64,000 nucleotides of DNA from positions 128,001 to 192,000 of the forward strand of contig JAXGPA010000001.1 of assembly GCA_040767195.1 (NCBI GenBank), given 5' to 3'. The position numbers and the translations under genes are program-made. Below the pieces are notes generated by a model, which saw nothing but the letters and a program-made list of their open reading frames with translations, was not told the DNA's origin and did no database searches. This DNA is from Syntrophales bacterium. GTDB lineage: Bacteria > Desulfobacterota > Syntrophia > Syntrophales > UBA6807. Within the stretch, counting starts at the first letter, position 1, and each line of letters begins with the position of its first letter. Shown piece by piece: positions 21,566 to 32,231 of the stretch.

Positions 21566-22483
21566 ATGGAACTCATCAAACCCGGGACGAATCTTGATTT
21601 TGTCGGTAAAATGAAACCGGCCTTCTCCCTTTCCCTGGCTCTCATCGTGATTTCCGTTCTCTCCGTCATCCTTCACGGGGGGTTGATCATGGGAATCGAC
21701 TTCGCCGGCGGCACCCTCGTTCAGCTGAAGTTCCAGAAACCGGCGACGGTAGAGCAGATCCGGGAGGCCCTCAAGGAGGTGAACCTGCAGGACAGCGTCA
21801 TCCAGGACTTCGGTTACGAGGGGAATGAGTTTCTCGTCAAAACGGCCAGTTCGACCTCCGAATTGAAAGGGTTCTCCGACACCATCGAGGACGCCCTCGC
21901 AACGGTTTTCGCCCGGGAGGATTTCGAGGTGCGGCGCGTGGAAATGGTGGGTCCCAAGGTTGGCAGCGACCTGCGCCAGAAAGGTCTTCTTTCCATCCTT
22001 TACGCCATGATCGGAATCCTCATCTACATCACGTGGCGTTTCGAGTTCCGTTACGCCGTCGGGGCCGTGGCGGCCCTGCTTCACGACGTCATCATCACCG
22101 TGGGCATCTTTTCCCTCCTGGGAAAGGAATTCACCCTGCCCATCGTGGCCGCTCTTCTGACGATCATCGGGTATTCCCTCAACGACACCATCGTCGTGTA
22201 CGACCGGATCCGGGAAAACCGACGGGCGAACATCCGGGGGGACCTGGCCGTCACCGTCAATTCCAGCATCAACCAGACCTTGAGCCGGACCCTTCTCACG
22301 GCGGGGACGACTCTCCTGGTCGTGGCGGCTCTCTTTTTCCTGGGCGGTGCGGTCATCCACGATTTCGCCTTCGCTCTCATCGTGGGCATCGTTGTGGGAA
22401 CCTACTCCTCCATTTTTATCGCGAGCCCCACCATCCTCGTCTGGGAGCGGGTGCGTCCGGCCAGGAAAAAGAAAAAAGGGTGA
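21566..22483 (+). CDS. secF: Protein translocase subunit SecF
   Basis: GIDFAGG, VGPKVG, GYSLNDTIVVYDRIRE, GTYSSIFIA. Confidence 0.95.
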   Translation: MELIKPGTNLDFVGKMKPAFSLSLALIVISVLSVILHGGLIMGIDFAGGTLVQLKFQKPATVEQIREALKEVNLQDSVIQDFGYEGNEFLVKTASSTSELKGFSDTIEDALATVFAREDFEVRRVEMVGPKVGSDLRQKGLLSILYAMIGILIYITWRFEFRYAVGAVAALLHDVIITVGIFSLLGKEFTLPIVAALLTIIGYSLNDTIVVYDRIRENRRANIRGDLAVTVNSSINQTLSRTLLTAGTTLLVVAALFFLGGAVIHDFAFALIVGIVVGTYSSIFIASPTILVWERVRPARKKKKG

Positions 22484-22524
22484 TCCTGGAAACGGAGATC
22501 CAGACTTTATAAGGTCCTTGTAAC

Positions 22525-23043
22525 TTGTCCAATTTAGAAACCGCCGGTTACACGCTCTTCATGCTGGTCCTTTTCCTGGGAATCTTCGCCATTCACCTCG
22601 GCCTCCCGGGAACGATCCTCATTTTTCTGGACACCCTCGTCTTTGCCGGCTCGACGGGCTTCGAGCCTCTCGGCCCCGTCGTGCTCGCTTCCCTCTTCTT
22701 TCTTGTGATCGTGGCTGAAGGGGGCGACTTCTGGCTCACGTCCATGGGACCGCAGAAATTTCCGTCCTACTCGTTTGGCCAAGGCCTCGCCGTCCTTGCC
22801 GCCGCCGTGACGGGCGCTTTTATCCTCGGCCGCCATCTCCAGGGCCTGGGCCTTTTTGCAGGTTTCTACCTGGGGGGGCTCGCGGGCTCCTTTACCGTTC
22901 AGTCCGTGCGGGACATGAAACTGAAACCGGCCTTTCGAAACGGGCTGAAAAACATCGCCCTTTCCACGGCCCGGAGCGCCCTGAGGGGACTCATGGCCCT
23001 TTTCATGACCGTCATCGCCCTGTCGTCGATTTACACATCATAA
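22525..23043 (+). CDS. Membrane protein, DUF456-like
   Basis: Hydrophobic 172 aa ORF with GLPGT motif, located between secF and lepB. Confidence 0.6.
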   Translation: MSNLETAGYTLFMLVLFLGIFAIHLGLPGTILIFLDTLVFAGSTGFEPLGPVVLASLFFLVIVAEGGDFWLTSMGPQKFPSYSFGQGLAVLAAAVTGAFILGRHLQGLGLFAGFYLGGLAGSFTVQSVRDMKLKPAFRNGLKNIALSTARSALRGLMALFMTVIALSSIYTS

Positions 23044-23056
23044 AAAGGAGATACCG

Positions 23057-23671
23057 GTGCCGAAGAGCAGATCCTCTGTCATCATCGAATACGGAAAAGC
23101 CATTTTCATCGCCGTTCTGATCGCCCTTTTCATCCGGACGTTCGTCGTCCAGGCCTTCAAGATCCCCTCCGGTTCCATGAAGCCCACCCTTCTCGTGGGT
23201 GACTGGCTCCTGGTCAACAAGTTTCTCTACGGCGTCAGGATCCCCTTCATGAGAGCGACCCTGATCCCGGTGAGCGAACCAAAGCGGGGCGACGTCATCG
23301 TTTTCATTTACCCCATGGACAAGAGCAAGGACTTCATCAAGCGGGTCATCGGGACGGCCGGGGACACCATTGAAATCCGGGACAAGAAAGTCTACATCAA
23401 CGACAATCCGATGGAAAACGACACGGGTGTGCACATGGACAACCTGGTCATCCCCAGGGCCATTCAGCCCCGGGACCATTTCGGACCCGTCACCGTCCCC
23501 GAGGGCACGGTCTTCGTCATGGGCGACAACCGGGACCAGAGCTATGACAGCCGGTTCTGGGGATTCGTCGATCTCAAGGACATCCTGGGAAAAGCCTTCA
23601 TCCTCTACTGGTCCTGGGACAGCGAGGAAGGGGCGGTCCGGTGGGACCGCATCGGGGACATCATCCACTGA
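23057..23671 (+). CDS. lepB: Signal peptidase I
   Basis: IPSGSMKPTL, FIKRVIG, MGDNRDQSYDSR. Confidence 0.95.
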   Translation: MPKSRSSVIIEYGKAIFIAVLIALFIRTFVVQAFKIPSGSMKPTLLVGDWLLVNKFLYGVRIPFMRATLIPVSEPKRGDVIVFIYPMDKSKDFIKRVIGTAGDTIEIRDKKVYINDNPMENDTGVHMDNLVIPRAIQPRDHFGPVTVPEGTVFVMGDNRDQSYDSRFWGFVDLKDILGKAFILYWSWDSEEGAVRWDRIGDIIH

Positions 23672-23772
23672 CGGCTTGACGAAAGAAACCGCCGTCTTTG
23701 CCGCCTTTCGTCACGAATCGTTCCGACGTCCCGGAAGGGTCACCCATTGCACCTGTTGTCACCCATTGTACC

Positions 23773-23801
23773 TTGACTTGCTTCCCCACGGCTGTTATAG
23801 T
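23773..23801 (+). promoter_or_regulatory. Sigma70 promoter of the pyr operon
   Basis: TTGACT-17 nt-TATAGT. Confidence 0.65.
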
Positions 23802-23865
23802 GCTTTCGACACAAGAGGGTTGATCCAGGTTGTCGACGATGAAAGCCACGATTTCCATAGCGGAT

Positions 23866-23902
23866 AAAAAGGCCTTCCCGGTTCAGGGAAGGCTTTTTTT
23901 TT
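23866..23902 (+). terminator. Leader attenuator terminator upstream of pyrR
   Basis: GGCCTTCCC-6 nt-GGGAAGGCT followed by a long T tract, between the promoter and the pyrR start. Confidence 0.7.
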
Positions 23903-23925
23903 GAAATTCGGAAGGGACGGAGGCC

Positions 23926-24459
23926 ATGAAAAAAGTCGTCATGAATGATGAGGAAATCGAGAGATCCCTGACCCGGATCGCTTATGAGATCCTGGAAAGA
24001 AACCGGGGCGCCGAATCTCTCATTATCGTCGGCATCCGGACGGGGGGGATCTTTCTGGCCAGTCGTCTCCGGGACCGCATCTCGTCCATAGAAGAGAAGG
24101 AAGTTCCCTTCGGCATCCTCGACGTCACTTTTTACCGGGACGACGTCACATCCCTGGGCAGAAAACCCAAGCCGGGCCGGACGGACATTCCCTTTTCCGT
24201 GGATCAGAAAAAAGTCATCCTCGTGGATGACGTGCTTTTCACGGGCCGGACCATCCGGGCGGCCATGGACGCCCTGATCGACTTCGGCCGCCCGAAGATG
24301 ATCCAACTGGCCGTGCTTGTGGACCGGGGGCACCGGGAACTGCCCATCTGTCCCGATTACGTGGGCCTCAATCTTCCCTCGAGTCTCTGGGAAAAGGTCA
24401 ATGTTCACCTTTCCGAACACATCGGGAAGGATGAGGTCATCATCGAAGAAGAAGGCTGA
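23926..24459 (+). CDS. pyrR: Pyrimidine operon regulator / uracil phosphoribosyltransferase
   Basis: RIAYEILE, LDVTFYRDD, VDDVLFTGRT, DRGHRELPI. Confidence 0.95.
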   Translation: MKKVVMNDEEIERSLTRIAYEILERNRGAESLIIVGIRTGGIFLASRLRDRISSIEEKEVPFGILDVTFYRDDVTSLGRKPKPGRTDIPFSVDQKKVILVDDVLFTGRTIRAAMDALIDFGRPKMIQLAVLVDRGHRELPICPDYVGLNLPSSLWEKVNVHLSEHIGKDEVIIEEEG

Positions 24460-24474
24460 CGGGGGACACGATCC

Positions 24475-25395
24475 ATGAAGCTTCGCCATAAAGACATCCT
24501 CGGGATGAAGGAACTCACGGCCGAGGAGATCAACCTGATCCTGGACACGGCGGACTCCTTCGCCGAGGTGTCCACCCGGGACATCAAGAAGGTCCCCACG
24601 CTCCGAGGGAAAACGATCATCAACCTCTTCTACGAGGCGAGTACGCGGACAAGAACATCCTTTGAAATCGCCGCCAAGAGGTTGAGCGCCGACGCCGTCA
24701 ACATCTCCACGTCCACGAGCAGTGTCGTCAAGGGGGAAACCCTCATCGACACCGCGAGAACCCTCGAGGCGATGAACCCCGACATCGTCATCATCCGCCA
24801 CAGCGCGTCCGGGGCCCCCCACCTGATCGCCCGCCTGGTCCGGCATTCGGTCATCAACGGCGGCGACGGTTTCCATGAGCACCCCACCCAGTCTCTCCTG
24901 GACATGCTGACCATACGGCGCCGGAAGGGCACCCTGAAAGGGCTCGACGTGGCCATTGTCGGGGACATCGCCCACAGCCGGGTCGCCCACTCGAACATTC
25001 ACGGCCTCACCAAGATGGGGTGCCGGGTGACGGTCTGCGGTCCGGCCCCGATGATCCCCCGGGACATCGAAAAGCTCGGGGCCGCCGTTACATGCGACAT
25101 GAACGAGGCCGTCCGGGACCGGGACATCGTCATGATGCTCCGGATCCAGCTCGAAAGGCACCGGGCCGCCTTTCCGTCCATCCGGGAATACGCCAAGTTC
25201 TACTGCCTGAACCGGGAACGCCTCGAGATGGCCAGGCCCGGCGCCCTGGTCATGCACCCCGGACCGATAAACCGGGGAACGGAGATCGCTCCGGACATTG
25301 CCGACGGCCTTCAGTCGGTGATTCTCGAGCAGGTCACCAACGGCATTGCCGTCCGCATGGCCCTGTTATACCTTCTTTCGGGAGGCTCCTCATGA
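24475..25395 (+). CDS. pyrB: Aspartate carbamoyltransferase catalytic subunit
   Basis: [30 protein letters not shown]. Confidence 0.95.
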   Translation: MKLRHKDILGMKELTAEEINLILDTADSFAEVSTRDIKKVPTLRGKTIINLFYEASTRTRTSFEIAAKRLSADAVNISTSTSSVVKGETLIDTARTLEAMNPDIVIIRHSASGAPHLIARLVRHSVINGGDGFHEHPTQSLLDMLTIRRRKGTLKGLDVAIVGDIAHSRVAHSNIHGLTKMGCRVTVCGPAPMIPRDIEKLGAAVTCDMNEAVRDRDIVMMLRIQLERHRAAFPSIREYAKFYCLNRERLEMARPGALVMHPGPINRGTEIAPDIADGLQSVILEQVTNGIAVRMALLYLLSGGSS

Positions 25396-26675
25396 AGCGG
25401 TTGCTGAAAGGCGCTCGGATCATCGATCCTTCGCAAAACATGGACGGCCTGTTCGACCTTCTCATCGAGGACGGCCGGGTGGTGATGACGGGAGAGAAAC
25501 TGGCGGGGGGCGGAAACGGCCCCGTGGAGGAGTGGAATCTCGCCGGGAAGATTATCGTTCCCGGCCTCATCGACATGCACACCCACCTTCGAGAGCCCGG
25601 TTTCGAATACAAGGAAACCATCGCCACGGGAAGTTCGGCGGCGGCGGCCGGCGGTTTCACCGCCATCGCCGCCATGGCCAACACGAGCCCGGTGAACGAC
25701 AACCGCTCCGTAACCGAGTTCATCCTTCGAAGGGCCCGGGAAGCGGACATCGTCCGGGTCTACCCCGTCGCCGCCATCAGCCGGGGCCTCGAAGGCGACG
25801 TCCTCACCGAATTCGGCGACTTGAAAGAGGCGGGGGCCGTCGCCTTTTCCGACGATGGAAAATGGGTGGCCGACAGCAGCCTCATGAGGCAGGCCCTGGA
25901 ATACGCGGCGTCCTTCCGCATGCCCGTCATTTCCCACTGCGAGGACCCGTTTCTCACGGAAAACGGATCCATGAACGAAGGGCTCATGTCCACGGAACTC
26001 GGGCTCCGGGGAATACCTTCCATCGCCGAGGAGATCGCCGTCCGAAGGGACATCGCCCTGGCGTGGTACACGGGGGTCTCCGTTCACATCGCCCACGTGA
26101 GTACCGAAGGATCGGTCCGGGCCATCAGGGAAGCGAAGAAGGCGGGCATTCCCGTCACCGCGGAAACGGCGCCCCACTACTTCACCCTGACGGAAGACCA
26201 CCTGGCCACGTACGACACGGCCTTCAAGGTGAACCCGCCGCTGCGGTCGGCCAGGGACGTGGAAGCGGTCAAGTCGGGCCTGGCGGACGGCACCATCGAT
26301 GTCATCGCCTCCGATCACGCCCCCCACTCTTCCATGGAAAAGGACGTGGAATTCGAATACGCCGCCTTCGGCATGATCGGCCTGGAAACCTCCCTCGGCC
26401 TCTCCATGAAACTGGTGAAAGACCGGGTCCTCTCCCTGGGACAGCTCGTCGAAAAGATGAGCGTGAACCCCGCCCGGATACTGGGCGTCCCCGGGGGGAC
26501 CCTGAAGGCCGGCTCCGACGCCGATGTCACCGTCATCGACCCGAACGTCTGCTGGAAGGTCCGCCTGGAGTCCCTGCGGTCCCGAAGCCGGAATTCCCCC
26601 TTCGGCGGCTGGGCCATGGAAGGGAAATCCCTCATGACCCTGGTGGGCGGCGAGATCCGGCACGACGAAACCTGA
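25392..26675 (+). CDS. pyrC: Dihydroorotase
   Basis: [24 protein letters not shown]; start overlaps the pyrB stop (ATGA). Confidence 0.93.
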   Translation: MKRLLKGARIIDPSQNMDGLFDLLIEDGRVVMTGEKLAGGGNGPVEEWNLAGKIIVPGLIDMHTHLREPGFEYKETIATGSSAAAAGGFTAIAAMANTSPVNDNRSVTEFILRRAREADIVRVYPVAAISRGLEGDVLTEFGDLKEAGAVAFSDDGKWVADSSLMRQALEYAASFRMPVISHCEDPFLTENGSMNEGLMSTELGLRGIPSIAEEIAVRRDIALAWYTGVSVHIAHVSTEGSVRAIREAKKAGIPVTAETAPHYFTLTEDHLATYDTAFKVNPPLRSARDVEAVKSGLADGTIDVIASDHAPHSSMEKDVEFEYAAFGMIGLETSLGLSMKLVKDRVLSLGQLVEKMSVNPARILGVPGGTLKAGSDADVTVIDPNVCWKVRLESLRSRSRNSPFGGWAMEGKSLMTLVGGEIRHDET

Positions 26676-26724
26676 CGACTTCGTAAAAAATCCGATCTTA
26701 GCGTTACGCTTCATCCCTCGTCAC
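26674..26724. repeat. Truncated, inverted, diverged copy of the 11711 MITE end
   Basis: GACGACTTCGTAAAAAA...CTTCATCCCTCGTCAC aligns with the reverse complement of 11786-11836. Confidence 0.55.
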
Positions 26725-26771
26725 GAACAATCAAAGGGGACAGAGTTGAAATCTGTCCCCTTTGATTGTTC
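26725..26771. repeat. Perfect 20-bp-stem palindrome (REP-like)
   Basis: GAACAATCAAAGGGGACAGA-GTTGAAA-TCTGTCCCCTTTGATTGTTC. Confidence 0.8.
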
Positions 26772-26941
26772 ATTCCTCTTTACGTCTTTTCACGCCCTGT
26801 TACCGCCTTCGGGTGTCCCTTGTTCTTACCGGCAAGGAGTGGTATAAAGATCAGCGTTCACCGTTGACTTCCCGAAAAAAGCGATTTTGAGACTTCGCTG
26901 CGGGCGCATCATCCTTTTTCCGCTGAAAAACGAGGATTTTC

Positions 26942-28300
26942 ATGGCCGATCCGGGAGATTTCACGACAAAATTGAGTCAACTGCGGGAGTGGATCCGGGA
27001 AAACCGGGAGTTCGACATCCTCGACCTCTTCACCGACCTTCACCCCGCCGACATCGCCGAACTCATCGATCACCTGGAGGAGCAGGAAAAAATTCGCCTT
27101 TTCTCCCTTCTGGAAGTGGAAAAGGCGTCCGACGTCATCCTCGAACTGAGCGACCTTTCGAAAGAGGAAATCCTCGGTGATCTTTCGAGTAAGCAGATCG
27201 CCGAAATCATCGACGAGATGGATTCGGACGACGCGGCGGACCTCATCGCCGAGCTCCCGGAAGACCGGGCCCGGGCCATCCTGGAAAAAATCGAACCGGA
27301 AGAATCGGAGGACCTGAAGGAACTCCTCAAGTACGAGGAAGACACCGCCGGCGGTCTCATGCAGTCGGAGATGGTCACCGTTTCCGAGGGAACGACGATT
27401 CGGGAAGCCCTCCAGGCGGTGGTGGATGCCTCGGAAGACATCGAAAACGTCTACAACGTGTTTGTCGTCGACGGCGACCGAAGGCTGGTCGGGGTCATCC
27501 CCCTCCAGAAGCTCATCGCCTCCCGGCGGAACCTCCCCGTCATCGAGGCTGTCGAGCGGTCCTATCCCAGCGTACTCGTCAACGTGGACCAGGAGGAAGT
27601 GGCCCGGATGTTCGAAAAGTACGACCTCGTCTCGCTCCCCGTGGTGGATGACGGAAACCGCCTCCTGGGGCGGATCACCGTTGACGACATCGTCGACGTC
27701 ATGGAGGAGGAAACGTCGGAAGACCTCTACCGCATCGCCGGTCTCGAAGAGGACGACAGTATTTTGAACCCGCCCTTCGACTCGGTGAAAAAACGCCTCC
27801 CATGGCTGTGTCTCAACCTCGTCACGGCCTTCGCGTCGGTCGTCGTCATCGGGGTCTTCGAGGAAACGATCCAGATCATGGTGGCTCTCGCCCTTTTCAT
27901 GCCGGTTGTCGCCGGCCTCGGCGGAAACGCCGGGAGCCAGACCCTGGCGCTCGTCGTCCGCGGCCTCGCCATCGGAGAGGTGGACTCGGACAACTCGAGA
28001 AAAGCCGTTCTGCGGCAGTTCGCCGTCGGGACGGTAAACGGCGTCGCCGTCGGCGCCATCGTAGGAGTGGTAGCCTATTTCTGGAAAGGAATGCCCATCC
28101 TGGGTGTCGTTCTGGGGCTCGCCATGATCCTGAACATTCTCATGGGGACCCTCATCGGGACGCTGATCCCGCTGAGCCTCAAGTGGTTCAAGGCGGACCC
28201 GGCCCTGGGGTCCCACATCTTCGTCACCGCGTTCACCGACGCCTTCGGGTTTTTTTCCTTTCTCGGCCTGGCCACCCTTTTCCTCAAAATTCTGACCTGA
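26942..28300 (+). CDS. mgtE: Magnesium transporter MgtE
   Basis: HPADIA, DDAADL, TAGGLM, CBS pair, RLPWL, GGNAGSQ, DPA. Confidence 0.93.
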   Translation: MADPGDFTTKLSQLREWIRENREFDILDLFTDLHPADIAELIDHLEEQEKIRLFSLLEVEKASDVILELSDLSKEEILGDLSSKQIAEIIDEMDSDDAADLIAELPEDRARAILEKIEPEESEDLKELLKYEEDTAGGLMQSEMVTVSEGTTIREALQAVVDASEDIENVYNVFVVDGDRRLVGVIPLQKLIASRRNLPVIEAVERSYPSVLVNVDQEEVARMFEKYDLVSLPVVDDGNRLLGRITVDDIVDVMEEETSEDLYRIAGLEEDDSILNPPFDSVKKRLPWLCLNLVTAFASVVVIGVFEETIQIMVALALFMPVVAGLGGNAGSQTLALVVRGLAIGEVDSDNSRKAVLRQFAVGTVNGVAVGAIVGVVAYFWKGMPILGVVLGLAMILNILMGTLIGTLIPLSLKWFKADPALGSHIFVTAFTDAFGFFSFLGLATLFLKILT

Positions 28301-28301
28301 C

Positions 28302-29069
28302 ATGAGAACGCGCGTCAAAACGGCCGGCTTCGTCATTCGAACCCTCGACTACGGGGAATCGGACCGGATCGTGTCCTTCTACACGGAAGAGCACGGCAAG
28401 ATCCGGGGAATCGCCAAGGGGGCCCGGCGAAGCCGGAAGCGCTTTGTCAACGCCCTCGACATTTTTTCATGTTCCACCATACGTTTTTCCCAGGGCGACC
28501 GGGGCGGCCTCGCCTTTATCGAGGGGTGTGACGTGACCCGCCATTACCCGCGCATCCGGGGTGATCTCGACAAGACCCTGACGGCTTCGTACCTCATCGA
28601 GCTGGTGGATCTTTTCACCGTGGACGGAAAGCGCAACACCGCCCTCTTCGTTCTCCTCCGGGACTTTCTCGATCTTATCGAGGAAAGCGACCCCACGGAA
28701 GCCCTCCTCAGGTTTTTCGAATTCCGGCTTCTCGGGCTCTCGGGATACGAGCCCCTGCTGGAAAAATGCGTGGCCTGCCACAGGGGCATCGACGGAATCG
28801 TCCGACCCACCTTTCGTCTTCTCGACGGGGGAATCCGATGCGAGTTCTGCACCGTTCCGGGGGAGAACGATCTTACGATTTCCCCGGGAACCGTCAAAAC
28901 CCTCCTCTTCAGCAGAAACATGACGGTGGAAAGACTCCCCCGGGTCGCTTTTCCCCCTCCCTCGCTCCAGGAAAGCCGCCGGCTTCTCCACGGAATGATC
29001 CACCACATCCTCGGAAGGGAAATCCGTTCGCTCTCCGTCCTCCAGTCCGTGAGCCGGATCCTCCTGTAA
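28302..29069 (+). CDS. recO: DNA repair protein RecO
   Basis: [26 protein letters not shown]...CEFC Zn finger. Confidence 0.9.
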   Translation: MRTRVKTAGFVIRTLDYGESDRIVSFYTEEHGKIRGIAKGARRSRKRFVNALDIFSCSTIRFSQGDRGGLAFIEGCDVTRHYPRIRGDLDKTLTASYLIELVDLFTVDGKRNTALFVLLRDFLDLIEESDPTEALLRFFEFRLLGLSGYEPLLEKCVACHRGIDGIVRPTFRLLDGGIRCEFCTVPGENDLTISPGTVKTLLFSRNMTVERLPRVAFPPPSLQESRRLLHGMIHHILGREIRSLSVLQSVSRILL

Positions 29070-29149
29070 TTTCGCTTGACAGGCCCTTTCACCGATGCTA
29101 TTTCCCACCGATCACACCGATGAAACCCCGAACGGGGAAGGAGGCTCCC

Positions 29150-30034
29150 GTGACCTTTCAGGAACTCATCTTTGCCTTGGAAAAGTACTGGGCGGACCAG
29201 GGATGCATCGTTCAGCAGCCCTATGACATCGAGGTGGGGGCGGGCACCTTCAACCCCGCCACCTTCCTGCGGGCCCTCGGCCCGGAGCCCTGGAACGTGG
29301 CCTACGTGGAACCTTCCCGAAGGCCCACGGACGGCCGCTACGGCGAGAACCCCAACCGCCTGCAGCACTACTACCAGTACCAGGTCATCATGAAACCCTC
29401 CCCCCTGGAGATCCAGGAGATGTACATCGATTCCCTCCGCAGCTTCGGGATCGACCCCCTGGCCCATGACATCCGCTTCGTCGAGGACGACTGGGAGTCA
29501 CCCACCCTGGGCGCCTGGGGCCTCGGCTGGGAGGTGTGGCTCGACGGCATGGAAATCACCCAGTTCACCTACTTCCAGCAGGTGGGCGGCTTCGACCTGA
29601 ACCCGGTCTGCGCGGAAATCACCTACGGCATCGAACGGATCGCCATGTATCTTCAGAAGGTGGACAACGTGTACGATCTCGACTGGGGACACGGTATCAA
29701 ATACGGTGACGTTCACCACAAGGGGGAAGTCGAATTTTCCACCTACAACTTCGAGAAAGCGGACGTTCCCATGCTGAGGAAGCTGTTCGACATGTACGAG
29801 GCGGAATCCATCGCCATGGCGGAACTGAAACTGGTGCTGCCGGCCTACGACTACTGCCTCAAGTGTTCCCATGTCTTCAACATCCTCGACGCCCGGGGCG
29901 CCATCAGCGTCACCGAAAGAACGAGCTACATCGGGCGGGTTCGGAATCTGGCGAGACTCTCCGCCGAAGGCTATCTGAAACAGCGGGAGGCCATGGGGTA
30001 TCCCCTCATGGGCCGGTGGCCGAAGAAGCGCTGA
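29150..30034 (+). CDS. glyQ: Glycine--tRNA ligase alpha subunit
   Basis: GTG start after [45 protein letters not shown]. Confidence 0.96.
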   Translation: MTFQELIFALEKYWADQGCIVQQPYDIEVGAGTFNPATFLRALGPEPWNVAYVEPSRRPTDGRYGENPNRLQHYYQYQVIMKPSPLEIQEMYIDSLRSFGIDPLAHDIRFVEDDWESPTLGAWGLGWEVWLDGMEITQFTYFQQVGGFDLNPVCAEITYGIERIAMYLQKVDNVYDLDWGHGIKYGDVHHKGEVEFSTYNFEKADVPMLRKLFDMYEAESIAMAELKLVLPAYDYCLKCSHVFNILDARGAISVTERTSYIGRVRNLARLSAEGYLKQREAMGYPLMGRWPKKR

Positions 30035-30064
30035 CCCCCCAACCAACCAAACGGGAGCATTTCA

Positions 30065-32137
30065 ATGGCAAAGGAACTCTTACTGGAAATCGGGACGGAA
30101 GAAATCCCCGCGGCCTTTCTGCCCAGGGCCCTGGGCGACATGGAAACCCTGATCCGAAAAACCCTGGCAGAGGAACGGATCCCCTTCGGGACCGTCGAAA
30201 CCATGGGAACGCCCCGCCGTCTCGTGGTGGCCGTGTCCGCCGTGGCGGAAGCCCAGGAGGACGAAATCCAGGAAAAACTGGGGCCGGCGAAGCGGGTCGC
30301 CTTCGACGACCAGGGACAGCCCACGAAAGCGGCCCTCGGGTTCGCCCGGGGACAGGGCCTCGACATGTCCGAGCTGGAAACGGCGGTCACGGAAAAAGGG
30401 GAATATCTCGTCGCCCGGAAAAAAATCTCCGGCAAGGCGACCCGGGACCTTCTCGCCGACCTGCTGCCGCGGTTCATCACCGCCATTCCCTTCCGGAAGT
30501 CCATGCGCTGGATGAACCTGGACATGCGGTTCGCCCGTCCGATCCACTGGATTCTCGCCCTCTTCGGCGGCGAGGTGGTTCCTTTCCGGATGGAAAACAT
30601 CCGAAGCGGCAACAGGAGCCGCGGGCACCGTTTCATGGCCCCCGAACCCTTTGAGGTAAACGATCTGGCGGACTACCTCGTCAAGACCCGGGAGCACTTC
30701 GTCATCGCCAAGCCCGACGAGAGGCGCGCGATTCTGATGGACGGGGCCCGGGCGGAAGCGACCGCCGTATCCGGCGAGGTCCTCTGGAATGACGATCTTC
30801 TCGAGGAGGTCGCCTTCCTGACCGAATACCCCTCCGCCGTCTGCGGCACCTTCGAAAAAGAATACCTGGCTCTCCCCCGGGAAGTCCTCATCACCACCAT
30901 GACGAAGCACCAGAAGTACTTTCCCGTGACGGACAAAAAAGGGGATCTCCTTCCCCACTTCATCACCATCAACAACACGGTGGCCAAGGACCCGTCCGTG
31001 GTGGCCCGGGGAAACGAGAAGGTCATCCGGGCACGACTCGCCGATGCCCGGTTCTTCTTCCAGGAGGATCAGAAGAAGCCCCTGGAGGAATACCTGCCGG
31101 AGCTGAAGAGTGTCGTGTTTCACAGCCAGCTCGGAACATCCTATGAAAAGGTCATGCAGTTCCGGGAACTGGCTGGATACATCGCGGAAAGGGTGAGGCC
31201 GGGGAAGGCCGGCACCGTGGACCGGGCGGCCCTCCTCGCCAAGGCGGACCTGGAAACCCAGATGGTCTACGAGTTCACCGAGCTCCAGGGCGTCATGGGC
31301 CGGGAATACGCCCTCCTTTCGGGGGAAGATCCCGTCGTGGCCAAGGCCGTGTACGAGCATTACCTCCCCGTCGCCGCCGGCGGGGACCTTCCCGAAACAG
31401 ACGAAGGGGCCATGGTGAGCATCGCCGACAAGATGGACACCATCGCCGGCTTTTTCGGCATCGGCCTCGTCCCATCGGGAACGGCGGACCCCTATGCCCT
31501 CCGGCGACAGGCCCTGGGAATCATCAACATCATCCTGGCGAAGGCCTATCCCCTCGACCTGGGGGACCTGGTCGACAAGAGCCTCGAGATTCTCGGAAAC
31601 AAGGTCAAAAAGCCCCGGGAGGAGGTCCGGAGAGAGATCCTCGATTTCTTCCGGGGCCGGTTCGAAAATCAGCTCGTCTCCCAGGGGCACCCCCTGGATG
31701 CCGTCGTCGCCGTCCTGTCCAGGTCCTCCACCGACCTTGTCCGGTCGATCAAGAAGATCGAAGCCGTGGAAAAATTCAAATCCCACCCCGATTTCGAACC
31801 CCTCGTCGTGGCCTTCAAGCGGGTGGTCAACATCCTGAAGGATTTCAGCGGCGGCTCCGTGGACCCCGCCCTTTTCGAAGAGGCCGAAGAGAAAAACCTT
31901 CACGACGCCTTTCTGGCAATCCGGGACCGGGCCGGCGAACTCATCGAAGCCGACCGGTACGAGGAAGCCCTCGTCGAGATGGCCCGCCTGCGGGCGCCGG
32001 TGGACGCCTTCTTCGACACGGTCCTCGTCATGGCCCCGGACGAAAAGGTACGCTTCAACCGCCTCTCGCTCCTGCAGGGCCTCGCCGGGCTTTTCTACCG
32101 GGTCGCCGATTTCTCGAGGATCGTCACGGAGCGTTAG
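30065..32137 (+). CDS. glyS: Glycine--tRNA ligase beta subunit
   Basis: LLLEIGTEEIP, GNEKVIRARLADA, EFTELQG, DPYALRR. Confidence 0.96.
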   Translation: MAKELLLEIGTEEIPAAFLPRALGDMETLIRKTLAEERIPFGTVETMGTPRRLVVAVSAVAEAQEDEIQEKLGPAKRVAFDDQGQPTKAALGFARGQGLDMSELETAVTEKGEYLVARKKISGKATRDLLADLLPRFITAIPFRKSMRWMNLDMRFARPIHWILALFGGEVVPFRMENIRSGNRSRGHRFMAPEPFEVNDLADYLVKTREHFVIAKPDERRAILMDGARAEATAVSGEVLWNDDLLEEVAFLTEYPSAVCGTFEKEYLALPREVLITTMTKHQKYFPVTDKKGDLLPHFITINNTVAKDPSVVARGNEKVIRARLADARFFFQEDQKKPLEEYLPELKSVVFHSQLGTSYEKVMQFRELAGYIAERVRPGKAGTVDRAALLAKADLETQMVYEFTELQGVMGREYALLSGEDPVVAKAVYEHYLPVAAGGDLPETDEGAMVSIADKMDTIAGFFGIGLVPSGTADPYALRRQALGIINIILAKAYPLDLGDLVDKSLEILGNKVKKPREEVRREILDFFRGRFENQLVSQGHPLDAVVAVLSRSSTDLVRSIKKIEAVEKFKSHPDFEPLVVAFKRVVNILKDFSGGSVDPALFEEAEEKNLHDAFLAIRDRAGELIEADRYEEALVEMARLRAPVDAFFDTVLVMAPDEKVRFNRLSLLQGLAGLFYRVADFSRIVTER

Positions 32138-32163
32138 GCCTTAAAAAAAACGGACGTTTTGTG

Positions 32164-32209
32164 AAAAAACCCCGGCTTCGGGCGATCGGCCCTTTGCCGG
32201 GGTTTTCTT
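32164..32209. terminator. Bidirectional terminator between glyS and the nitrilase gene
   Basis: AAAACCCCGGC...GCCGGGGTTTT hairpin flanked by A and T tracts. Confidence 0.6.
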
Positions 32210-32231
32210 ACGTTCAGACTGCACAGGAGGT

